From NCBI GenBank assembly GCA_902609025.1, contig CACLQD010000001.1, positions 55,801 to 119,800 on the forward strand: 64,000 nucleotides of DNA, written 5' to 3'. Below, one piece after another: positions 10,888 through 19,912 of this stretch. Each line of letters starts with the position of its first letter. Within the stretch, counting starts at the first letter, position 1. The notes under the pieces are model-generated. The model did no database searches. It was not told the DNA's origin and saw only the letters and a list, made by a program, of their open reading frames with translations. Made by a program: the position numbers and the translations under genes. This DNA comes from an uncultured PS1 clade bacterium (GTDB taxonomy: Bacteria > Pseudomonadota > Alphaproteobacteria > MED-G09).

Positions 10888-11712
10888 TTAATTCTCACTC
10901 TTATCAAGAATAATATTATCAATTAATCTTACTTTACCTAATTTAGCAGCAACAGCAATCAAAGCGCCCTCTTCAAAATTTTTAGCTTCCTTGAGACTTT
11001 TCTTATCAAAGATACCTAAATAATCTATTTGAATATTATGTCGCTCTAGTTTTTCAGATGATATTTTTATTAGTTCGGGTATTGTAAATTCCTTTCTATT
11101 ATTTTTTATCCATCTAAGATTTTCATAAATATTTGGTGCAATTTTTCTTTCATCTTTAGTTAAAAGATTATTGCGTGAAGACATCGCAAGTCCATCTTTC
11201 TCTCTAATAATAGGTAATCCAATAATTTTAATTCCAGGAAAGTAATTTTTTGTAAATTCTCTTATTAATATAAATTGTTGATAATCCTTTAAACCAAAAA
11301 AAGCATGCGTAGGAAGGATAACAGAAAAAATTTTATTAATTATTGTTAAAACGCCATCAAAATGCCCTGGTCTATTTTTTCCACATAATTTCTTTGAAAT
11401 TGAAGGTGCTTTTATTAATTTTAATTCTTTAGCAAAATTATCTTGAGGAATAAAAGCATAATCACAATCAATTTTTTTTAATTTTTTAATATCCGAAACT
11501 ACAGTTCTAGGATAATTTTTAAAATCTTCATTTGGCCCAAATTGAAGAGGATTAATAAAAATAGATACTATAGTTTTACCATTATAACTTTTAGATTTTT
11601 TAATAAGACTTAAATGGCCCTCATGCAGATTACCCATAGTTGGAATTAAGTTTAAACCTTTATCGTTTAGATAATTACCTTTAATGTCATTTTCTGTTTC
11701 AAAAATTTTCAT
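10888..11712 (-). CDS. panC: pantoate--beta-alanine ligase
   Basis: HEGHLSL (HIGH-type) motif. 274 aa. Adjacent to panB. Confidence 0.9.
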   Translation of the reverse strand: MKIFETENDIKGNYLNDKGLNLIPTMGNLHEGHLSLIKKSKSYNGKTIVSIFINPLQFGPNEDFKNYPRTVVSDIKKLKKIDCDYAFIPQDNFAKELKLIKAPSISKKLCGKNRPGHFDGVLTIINKIFSVILPTHAFFGLKDYQQFILIREFTKNYFPGIKIIGLPIIREKDGLAMSSRNNLLTKDERKIAPNIYENLRWIKNNRKEFTIPELIKISSEKLERHNIQIDYLGIFDKKSLKEAKNFEEGALIAVAAKLGKVRLIDNIILDKSEN

Positions 11713-12528
11713 TTAAAAAAAGGTATGATCATCTGAGGGAAATGATTTATTCTTAACGCTTTTAGAGTAATTAGATATCGCTTCCTCAATGCTTGATGAA
11801 TTCTTTAAAAAATCCTTAACAAATTTAGGAGGTTTTTCTAAACATGATATACCTAATAAATCATGTATTACCATAATCTGGCCATCTGTTCTTTGACCTG
11901 CCCCTATACCAATCACAGGTACGGTAATTGTTTCTAGTATATCAGCCGTCAAATCATCGGGAACACATTCTAATAATATCATTGCTGCACCAGCATCTTC
12001 CAAGGCTTTAGCTTCTTCAATCATATTTTTTTTCTTATTTACATCTCTTCCTTGAACAAAATACCCGCCAATTCTATTGATTGATTGAGGTGTTAAGCCC
12101 ATATGGGCACAAACAGGAATACCTCTCTCTGCAAGAATTGAGGTTAATTTACAAATCCAGGTTCCTCCTTCAATTTTTATCGAATGTGCTCCATTTTGCA
12201 TAAGTTTGGTAGCATTCTCCAAAGCTAAATGATCAGTTGAATAACTCATAAAGGGCATATCGGCCATAATATGAGAATTAATATTACCTCTAACAACACA
12301 TTTTAAATGGTAAATTAGGTGCTCCATGGTTACTGGAAGTGTGCTTTCATGGCCCTGTACAACCATACCTAGACTATCACCTACAAGAATTACCTCCACT
12401 CCTGCATTACTTATTTTTTCTGCTATAGTTGCTTCATAAGCAGTTAAACAGGCAAATTTTTCACCTTTTTCTTTTAGTCGTTTCAAGGTCGAAATTGTTA
12501 TAAGATCTTTATCTGATTTTATTGACAT
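11713..12528 (-). CDS. panB: 3-methyl-2-oxobutanoate hydroxymethyltransferase
   Basis: PanB-like 271-aa product. panB-panC in tandem with 0-nt spacing. Confidence 0.9.
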   Translation of the reverse strand: MSIKSDKDLITISTLKRLKEKGEKFACLTAYEATIAEKISNAGVEVILVGDSLGMVVQGHESTLPVTMEHLIYHLKCVVRGNINSHIMADMPFMSYSTDHLALENATKLMQNGAHSIKIEGGTWICKLTSILAERGIPVCAHMGLTPQSINRIGGYFVQGRDVNKKKNMIEEAKALEDAGAAMILLECVPDDLTADILETITVPVIGIGAGQRTDGQIMVIHDLLGISCLEKPPKFVKDFLKNSSSIEEAISNYSKSVKNKSFPSDDHTFF

Positions 12529-12668
12529 TCTAATCCTCTTTTTTGAGCCAAAGAATGTTTAATAATAGCTTAATAATTAAATATCAACTACCAAAGAACA
12601 TTAATGTAGTGATAAAACCAAAAAGAAATACAAGTACTAATACTATTGCTGATTTCATAATTTTTTTC

Positions 12669-13235
12669 CTAATTGCCACATCTATAGAATTTTATCGCAT
12701 CTAAGATATCTTGCCTAGTTGCTATCCCCTCTTCAAAAAGAAGGCTTAGATTATTTTGTGCAGCGGTATGCCCTTGTTTTGAAGCCAATTTATACCAATT
12801 TAAAGATTCTTGAAAATCCTGATTAACGCCTATACCTAATCGATAAAAAATACCTAAATTATATTGTGCATCAGCGTTACCTTTTTGACCTGCACTGAGA
12901 TAATATTTATAAGCTTTTATTGAATCTTTTTGGACACCTAAACCATTATCATAAATATAACCAAGTTTATATTCAGCTAAAACATTATTTAACGATGCCG
13001 ATTCCTTAAACCAATATATGGCTTCTTCTAGATCCTTCTTAACACCCTCACCATTAGAATAAATCAAGCCTAAATTATATTGAACATCTGAATTACCCTT
13101 TTCAGCAATCTCTTTCATGTTCAAAATATATGCAGGAGTATTTTGTGAATCTTTAGAATATAAGCTTAATGAAAAAAGCAAACATATAAATACTAGTGCA
13201 AAATTAAAATAATCGCATATTTTTACATTAAACAT
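12669..13235 (-). CDS. secreted Sel1-like (TPR-family) repeat protein
   Basis: N-terminal signal peptide. Four to five Sel1 repeats (AxYxLGxxYxxGxGVxxDxxxAxxWY pattern). Confidence 0.75.
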   Translation of the reverse strand: MFNVKICDYFNFALVFICLLFSLSLYSKDSQNTPAYILNMKEIAEKGNSDVQYNLGLIYSNGEGVKKDLEEAIYWFKESASLNNVLAEYKLGYIYDNGLGVQKDSIKAYKYYLSAGQKGNADAQYNLGIFYRLGIGVNQDFQESLNWYKLASKQGHTAAQNNLSLLFEEGIATRQDILDAIKFYRCGN

Positions 13236-13243
13236 TATATAAC

Positions 13244-13645
13244 TTAATGAGCTTCTCCGGCTGAATGAGCTCCATCATGATGCTCAGCTTTATGAGCTCC
13301 ATGCGGAACAGCCCAAACTTTATCCGGCTTTCCATCATCAAAAAATACATCTCTTGCAGATTGCGTGTAATCAGACTCGTATCCCATAATTGCTATAAAG
13401 ACTAAGACAGCAATCATAGGAGACAACAGGGCAACAACTAATGCCATTCTTTCCCAAACCATATGCATAAAAATAGCCATAATAAAACCAGCCTTTAGAA
13501 ACATGAAAACTAAAATTAGACTCCATCTCAGCCACCCTTGCAATTGATAAAAGTCCACCATATAAGAAAAGATACTTAAGACAAAAAGTAGTATCCAAAT
13601 TTTTAAATAAACACTAATAGGGTGTTCTTGTCCTTCCGTAGCCAT
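13244..13645 (-). CDS. cytochrome c oxidase subunit IV-family small membrane protein (prokaryotic COX4/CyoD/CtaF type) with a His-rich C-terminal tail
   Basis: Three predicted TM helices. Last gene of the oxidase operon (II-I-III-III-IV order). C-terminus is HGAHKAEHHDGAHSAGEAH. Confidence 0.55.
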   Translation of the reverse strand: MATEGQEHPISVYLKIWILLFVLSIFSYMVDFYQLQGWLRWSLILVFMFLKAGFIMAIFMHMVWERMALVVALLSPMIAVLVFIAIMGYESDYTQSARDVFFDDGKPDKVWAVPHGAHKAEHHDGAHSAGEAH

Positions 13646-13653
13646 ATGTTACC

Positions 13654-14367
13654 TCACCAAAGATAGAAAAATGCAAAAATAAATACCCAAACTAAATCGA
13701 CAAAATGCCAATAAAGCCCAAGTGTTTCAACGATTTCATATCTTCCTTTTTGCCAAGTGAAAAAACCTCTCTTTCCAGAGTCATAGTCTCCTCTCCAAAC
13801 TTTTTTTACATTTATAAATAAGAAGATCACACCTATAGAGACATGAAAACCGTGAAAACCAGTAACCATAAAAAATACTGAACCAAATTGTGGCGCACCA
13901 AAAGGATTCTCCCACGGCCTTACACCTTCTGATATTAATTTTGTCCACTCAAAAGCCTGCATCCCAACAAATGAAGCGCCCAATATAGCTGTTACTAAGA
14001 GCAATATAGCAGTTTGCTTTCTTTTCTTTTGATATCCACTTCGAACTGCCATAGCCATAGTTCCACTACTGGTAATTAAAATGAAGGTCATAATTGCGAT
14101 GAGAAGCAGGGGCACACTTACACCACCTACAGTAAGAGCAAAAACTTCACTAGAATTAGGCCATGGAACAACCGTTGACCATCTAGCAGTCATATAACTA
14201 ATAAGAAAACAACTAAATATAAATGTATCACTTAAAAGGAATATCCACATCATAGCTTTTCCCCAAGGAACACCTTTAAATGCTCTTTGATCTGATGCCC
14301 AATCGTGTGTTAATCCTTCCATTCCATCAGGTAATGGTTTAATTGATGTTGTTGAAGTGTCACTCAT
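13654..14367 (-). CDS. coxC: cytochrome c oxidase subunit III
   Basis: 237 aa. Conserved subunit-III motifs TGFHGFHV and LYWHFVDLVWVFIF. Confidence 0.8.
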   Translation of the reverse strand: MSDTSTTSIKPLPDGMEGLTHDWASDQRAFKGVPWGKAMMWIFLLSDTFIFSCFLISYMTARWSTVVPWPNSSEVFALTVGGVSVPLLLIAIMTFILITSSGTMAMAVRSGYQKKRKQTAILLLVTAILGASFVGMQAFEWTKLISEGVRPWENPFGAPQFGSVFFMVTGFHGFHVSIGVIFLFINVKKVWRGDYDSGKRGFFTWQKGRYEIVETLGLYWHFVDLVWVFIFAFFYLW

Positions 14368-14387
14368 TAATAATTACTCCCAAATAA

Positions 14388-15008
14388 TTATGTAACTAAT
14401 AGAATGCAAAATAAGACTAACCAGACAGCAAGTAAATAATGCCAATAAATTGCTGTTGAACCGATAGTTGATTTCAATTTTCTGTATGAAAGATCTGTTT
14501 TAAATATTTGAGTCATTGACCATGTCCAAACGACAAGTCCGCCTAACATATGAACCATATGCAAACCAGTTAACATATAAAAGAAGGCAAATGAGGCGTT
14601 TGAGTCAACAAAATAACCGTAAGAAGCTAATTCATTCCATACTGTAAATTGACCTACAATAAATAATATCGCAGATAATCCTGCAGCCATGAGATAATAC
14701 TTTGCATTTGTAAATATGAATTTATTAGATAAATTTTTAGCTTTTTGAAATAAAATACTACTTATTATCAATACAACAGTATTAATCCACAAAAGAGGAG
14801 GTTCAGGCAGAACTCTCCAATCGCCGTAAGCCATTCTACCTACATAAGCAACAAAAAAGAGAGAGAATAGCGAAGTTATTGATGCAAGAAAACAAATAAG
14901 CGCAACTCTTGAAGAATCGAATTCAAAAGATTTTCCCATATGAAGATTATCCTTCTTCTCTTGAGAAGGTAACCAAGGTTTTTGCGCTAAAGTTTCAAAA
15001 ATGCTCAT
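14388..15008 (-). CDS. second heme-copper oxidase subunit III-family protein (5-TM CtaE/CyoC-like)
   Basis: 206 aa. Motifs HMVHMLGG and WHYLLAVWLVLF. Translationally coupled (ATGA overlap) to coxA upstream. Confidence 0.65.
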   Translation of the reverse strand: MSIFETLAQKPWLPSQEKKDNLHMGKSFEFDSSRVALICFLASITSLFSLFFVAYVGRMAYGDWRVLPEPPLLWINTVVLIISSILFQKAKNLSNKFIFTNAKYYLMAAGLSAILFIVGQFTVWNELASYGYFVDSNASFAFFYMLTGLHMVHMLGGLVVWTWSMTQIFKTDLSYRKLKSTIGSTAIYWHYLLAVWLVLFCILLVT

Positions 15009-16789
15009 GTTCTTTCAGCCTTAATCTCTGTGCCTTCATAGCCTTCCGCTAACTCAACATCTGAATTGGGTACATCCTGAGGAACAAAATCATCTTTTGC
15101 GCCTGGAACATTAAAATCATAAGGCCAACGATAAACAACTGGAAGCTCTTTACCAAAATTTCCATGCCCTGGAGGCATAGAGGGCGTTCTCCATTCAAGT
15201 GAATTGGCTTGCCAAGGATTTTTTTCTGCTGGAACTCCGTATTTTCTACTCCAAAACATATTTATGAAGAAAAAGATTTGTGCAAATCCTGTAACGAGTG
15301 CAGTCAAAGTTATAAAAATATTCAAATCTGCGGCAGACGAGGTATATAAAGCCTCTGTTTGACCCATCTCATAATATCTTCTAGGAACACCAATTAGACC
15401 AATATAATGCATTGGGAAATAAATTAGGTAAGAACCTAAGAAAGTAAACCAAAAATGCAGTTGTCCAAGGGTTTCATTATACATACGACCTGTCATAAGA
15501 GGAAACCAATGATAAATGGCTGCAAAAACAACCTGAACTGGTGCTATACCCATTACCATGTGAAAATGAGCTACGACAAAATATGTGTCGGAAAGAGGTA
15601 CATCTACTATGACATTTCCAAGAAATAGACCAGTCAAACCGCCATTCAAAAAAGTTATTATAAAAGAGATACAGAAAAGCATTGGAACAGTTAATGTTAT
15701 GTTACCTTTCCAAAGAGTTAATACCCAATTATAAACTTTTATTGCTGTGGGTACGGCTATTATTAATGTTGTTGTAGCAAAGAAAAATCCAAAATAGGGG
15801 TGCATTCCACTAACATACATGTGATGTGCCCATACGATAAAACTTAGAGCTCCAATTGCTACTATTGCCCAAACCATCATACGATAACCAAAAATATTTT
15901 TTCTTGAATGAACAGAAAGAACATCAGAAACAATTCCAAAAGCGGGAAGAGCAACAATATAAACTTCGGGATGACCAAAGAACCAAAATAAATGCTGGAA
16001 AAGAATGGGACTTCCACCACCGTAACTTAATTGTTCACCCATTTCGACCAAAGATGGCATAAAAAAACTTGTCATGAGTGTTTTATCTAAGATCATCATT
16101 ATTGCGCTAACAAGAAGCGCTGGGAAAGCAAACATAGCTAAAACAGTTGCGGTAAAAATGCCCCAAACTGCCAGAGGCATTCTCATAAGTGTCATTCCTC
16201 TAGTTCTTGCTTGGAGTATGGTTACGATATAATTCAAACCACCCATTGTGAAGCCAACTATAAAAATTGAGAGAGAAATTAACATAAGAATAATTCCACT
16301 TTCTTGACCCGGTGTTCCTCCTAAAATTGCCTGAGGTGGATATAAAGTCCATCCAGCACCAGTTGGGCCTCCGGGAGTAAAAAAGCTGGCGACTAAAACT
16401 AAACAAGCTAATAAAAAGGTCCAATAACTTATCATATTCAGATAAGGAAAAACCATATCTCTTGCACCAACCATAAGTGGTATTAAATAGTTACCAAAAC
16501 CTCCTAAAAAAAGAGCTGTTAAGAAATAAACAACCATAATCATGCCATGCATAGTTATGGCCTGATAATAAAAACCTTCACTTATTAGAGCTAGGCCAGG
16601 AAAGCCAATCTGCATTCTCATAATCCATGATAAAACAAGACCAATTAGAGCAATTGCGGTTGCTGTACAAAAATATTGTATACCTATTATTTTTGCATCT
16701 TGGGAAAAAACCTTTTCAGTCCACCAACTCTTAGCATGATAAAGATCCTGCTCTTCAACTTCTCTTTCTGGTATTATAGCATCAGACAT
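15005..16789 (-). CDS. coxA: cytochrome c oxidase subunit I
   Basis: 594 aa, 12+ TM. Motif WFFGHPEVYI and His ligands of the heme a/a3-CuB centre. Confidence 0.95.
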   Translation of the reverse strand: MSDAIIPEREVEEQDLYHAKSWWTEKVFSQDAKIIGIQYFCTATAIALIGLVLSWIMRMQIGFPGLALISEGFYYQAITMHGMIMVVYFLTALFLGGFGNYLIPLMVGARDMVFPYLNMISYWTFLLACLVLVASFFTPGGPTGAGWTLYPPQAILGGTPGQESGIILMLISLSIFIVGFTMGGLNYIVTILQARTRGMTLMRMPLAVWGIFTATVLAMFAFPALLVSAIMMILDKTLMTSFFMPSLVEMGEQLSYGGGSPILFQHLFWFFGHPEVYIVALPAFGIVSDVLSVHSRKNIFGYRMMVWAIVAIGALSFIVWAHHMYVSGMHPYFGFFFATTTLIIAVPTAIKVYNWVLTLWKGNITLTVPMLFCISFIITFLNGGLTGLFLGNVIVDVPLSDTYFVVAHFHMVMGIAPVQVVFAAIYHWFPLMTGRMYNETLGQLHFWFTFLGSYLIYFPMHYIGLIGVPRRYYEMGQTEALYTSSAADLNIFITLTALVTGFAQIFFFINMFWSRKYGVPAEKNPWQANSLEWRTPSMPPGHGNFGKELPVVYRWPYDFNVPGAKDDFVPQDVPNSDVELAEGYEGTEIKAERT

Positions 16790-16807
16790 TTCTTACCTCT
16801 TTCTATA

Positions 16808-17635
16808 TTATTTATTTGCCGCAAATTTGTTAACATTTAAAGACGCGGACTCAATCGACTCCTTAAATGTCATTTGTTCAGATAACCATTCATTATAATT
16901 TGACTCATCATCAACAGAAACAAATCCTCTCATTGCATGATGACCAACACCACATAGCTCTGCACAAAGTATTTCGTACTCTCCTGACTTTTCAGGAGTA
17001 AACCAATAATATGTAATCATTCCTGGAACCATATCCATTTTCCCTCTAAATTGAGGCACATAAAAGTTATGCAGAACATCAATAGATCGCAATAAAACTT
17101 TAACAGGCTGGTCAATTAATAGGTGAAGATCATCGCCCTGTATTAAAACATCATCTTGACCATTTGGATCATTTGGATTCATTCCAAATGGATTCTCATC
17201 ATTTATATTTCTAGCATCACTAGTACCCAGTATACCGTCTTCGCCAGGTAATCTAAAGCTCCAATACCATTGTTGACCCATAACTTCTATCGGAACAACA
17301 TTATCTGGAGGACTAACATATTCATCCCAAACAACTAAACCCGGGGCTAAGAGAGCAATAATTCCAACTGTAGTTACAGCTGTAAGAGTTATCTCAGTAG
17401 TTTTACTTTCCGGTTCATATGCCCCCCTCCTGCCAGGAACTTTTCTGAATTTATAAATACAATAAATCATAAAACCAATAACTGCTGCAAAAACAAATCC
17501 GGTCAAAGCAAAAGTAAGTTGGAGTATTGAGTCTATTCCACCCCAATTTGAAGCAATTGGTGTCCACCACCAAGGGCTTAAAAGATGAAAAACTATTGAC
17601 CCAAGAACTACAAGAAACATTACGAAAGCGATCAT
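16808..17635 (-). CDS. coxB: cytochrome c oxidase subunit II (CuA-containing, no fused cytochrome c domain)
   Basis: CuA ligand pattern H...CAELCGVGHHAM. Two N-terminal TM helices. No CxxCH motif, so aa3-type rather than caa3. Confidence 0.9.
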   Translation of the reverse strand: MIAFVMFLVVLGSIVFHLLSPWWWTPIASNWGGIDSILQLTFALTGFVFAAVIGFMIYCIYKFRKVPGRRGAYEPESKTTEITLTAVTTVGIIALLAPGLVVWDEYVSPPDNVVPIEVMGQQWYWSFRLPGEDGILGTSDARNINDENPFGMNPNDPNGQDDVLIQGDDLHLLIDQPVKVLLRSIDVLHNFYVPQFRGKMDMVPGMITYYWFTPEKSGEYEILCAELCGVGHHAMRGFVSVDDESNYNEWLSEQMTFKESIESASLNVNKFAANK

Positions 17636-17836
17636 TTAGGGTAAGCTCCTTTGTAAAAAAATCTTATCTAATAACAGATAATAAATATTGTTTTTATATT
17701 CAAGAGACAAATTACTTATAGTCAGTTTAAAGTCAAGATAAGAGCTATATTTGAATTAGGTCATTGTGGAAATAGATTTATTAATATAATAGATTGTTCA
17801 TAGAATTGGATAAAAAAAATAAAACTCAAAACTAAT

Positions 17837-18709
17837 ATGTTTGCATCTGTAAAAAAAATCATTGAAATTTTTAAAGTTAGAATTAGCTTAACAATAACAT
17901 TATGTGCAGTTTCTGGGGTTTTTATTATGCCTTACGACAATTCTTTCACACTAAATCAGTTTTTAATTTTGATATTTTGTACTTTTATATCCTCAGCGAG
18001 CTCTAGTGCTTTTAATCAATTTTATGAAAAAGATCTCGATAAATTAATGCCTCGAACATCTCAGCGACCATTTGCCACAGGTTTTTTTAAAACAGAAATT
18101 TCCTGGTTAATCGGATTCTTTGCACTACTGGTTTTTTCTCTATTATTAGCTGCATATTATTTAAATATAGCAACCGCAATTTATTTGTTATTAGGAGCTC
18201 TATTTTATGGCTATATTTACACAGTAGTTTTAAAAAGATCGAGTATATATAATATAGTTATAGGAGGTCTTGCTGGAAGTTTTGCTGTGCTTGCAGGCTC
18301 AGCGGCAGTAAATCCAATGCTATCAGTTTCAGCAATAATTCTTTCTTTAATTCTTTTCCTTTGGACGCCACCACATTTCTGGAGTTTAGCAATAGCTATA
18401 GAAGAAGATTATGCTAAAGCAAAAATACCAATGCTTCCAAACCTGATTGGGGCAAAAAGCTCTTCTTATGTCATTCTTTCTCAAACTGTTTTATTAGTTT
18501 TGATTTCATTTGTTCCGTTATTATTCAATATGGGTATAATCTATCTAATTTTTGTTTTTGTTGGAGGTCTTTATTTCTTTTGGAGAAGCATAGTTCTTGT
18601 ATTAGAAACAACTAAAAAAAATGCTATGTCTAATTTTTTTGCTTCTTTTATTCAGCTAGGCTTACTTTTATTTGCTTGTATAATTGAAGGACTTCTAAAT
18701 TATATCTAA
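17837..18709 (+). CDS. ctaB: protoheme IX farnesyltransferase (heme O synthase)
   Basis: UbiA-prenyltransferase-family 290-aa polytopic membrane protein. Divergent from coxB. Confidence 0.85.
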   Translation: MFASVKKIIEIFKVRISLTITLCAVSGVFIMPYDNSFTLNQFLILIFCTFISSASSSAFNQFYEKDLDKLMPRTSQRPFATGFFKTEISWLIGFFALLVFSLLLAAYYLNIATAIYLLLGALFYGYIYTVVLKRSSIYNIVIGGLAGSFAVLAGSAAVNPMLSVSAIILSLILFLWTPPHFWSLAIAIEEDYAKAKIPMLPNLIGAKSSSYVILSQTVLLVLISFVPLLFNMGIIYLIFVFVGGLYFFWRSIVLVLETTKKNAMSNFFASFIQLGLLLFACIIEGLLNYI

Positions 18710-18768
18710 TTTCAAATACTTGAATCTATTTGTTAATTGTTCTAATAATTATTAAATAATAAACCACT

Positions 18769-19899
18769 ATGGAGAAAAAATTGAAAAAATCTGATCAAAT
18801 TACAAAGAATGCTGCTTATGAAGCTGTAGCACCAGATGACTTTGCATCAATGATAGAAGTAGATAGATATGAACAACGATCGAGTGATTTTGATAAGATA
18901 ATTTCAGATACTCATGCTCACTTCTGGGATCCTCTAGATACAAAATATATTGATTTTTCAGAGAACTTTGATGTCGAAAATAAATTACTTATGCCTGAAG
19001 AATTTCTCCCAGAATTACAGTGCCCATCTGTAATGAAATTGGATAAAAAATCTAAGATTAAACTTGCCAATGAGAGTTTCAGGTGGCAGATGTCAGCAAT
19101 TCTTCATGGAGAGCAAGGAGCTTTAAATTTATCAGCAAGTCTCTGTCACATATTGAAAGATCAAGGAGCACAAGAATATGCCGCAAATCAAGCAAGAGAA
19201 GAGGCTAGACATGTTACAGGTTTTGCTAAATATATCAATTCTAGATGGGGTAAGCCACTCCCAGTTGGGCAAACTCTTGGTGATTTGCTAAGTGAATTAG
19301 TAAATGCACCAGAGGTCTACAAAAAAATTGTTGGAATGCAAATTCTAGTAGAGGGATTAGCTATGGGAGCTTTTGCAACAATTTATCAACACAGTTATGA
19401 CCCGGTTTTGGTTAGGTTAATGCAATTAGTTATGACTGATGAAGCTTTTCATCATAAATTTGGAAAAATATGGGCTGACAAAACTATTCCCAAATTAGAT
19501 GAGAATGAACAGAATATGATAGAGGATTGGGCGGCAAATTGTTTTCAAATTTTATTATTTAATCTTGTAAACCCTGAACAGAAGAAAATTATATATGATC
19601 AATTTGGTCTTAATTGGAAACAAGTACTTGATGAGCTTACTGAAATCATAACTGATGATGATAGACGAGAAAGAATGAGGGAATCGACTGATATCTTTAG
19701 AGTACTTGTTAAAACTCTTTTCAAGGCTGGTATTATTACTGATCGAACAAAAGATTTTTATTCATTATATGTTGATCTTGATGAATTAAAAGAAGAGGGA
19801 GATCGAATGGTTGGTGATGATATAGCTGATGAAGGACTTCAGTTCTTAAAAGAAATAAATTTCAAGCATAATTTTAGTAGGAACATTGCAGCAGAATAA
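18769..19899 (+). CDS. ferritin-like diiron-carboxylate protein of unknown function (AurF / acyl-ACP-desaturase-like oxygenase fold suspected)
   Basis: Soluble 376-aa protein. Two E...ExxH pairs about 80 aa apart (E115...EEARH148; E195...DEAFHH229), as in four-helix-bundle diiron oxygenases. Confidence 0.5.
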   Translation: MEKKLKKSDQITKNAAYEAVAPDDFASMIEVDRYEQRSSDFDKIISDTHAHFWDPLDTKYIDFSENFDVENKLLMPEEFLPELQCPSVMKLDKKSKIKLANESFRWQMSAILHGEQGALNLSASLCHILKDQGAQEYAANQAREEARHVTGFAKYINSRWGKPLPVGQTLGDLLSELVNAPEVYKKIVGMQILVEGLAMGAFATIYQHSYDPVLVRLMQLVMTDEAFHHKFGKIWADKTIPKLDENEQNMIEDWAANCFQILLFNLVNPEQKKIIYDQFGLNWKQVLDELTEIITDDDRRERMRESTDIFRVLVKTLFKAGIITDRTKDFYSLYVDLDELKEEGDRMVGDDIADEGLQFLKEINFKHNFSRNIAAE

Positions 19900-19912
19900 T
19901 TAATTTGTATTT

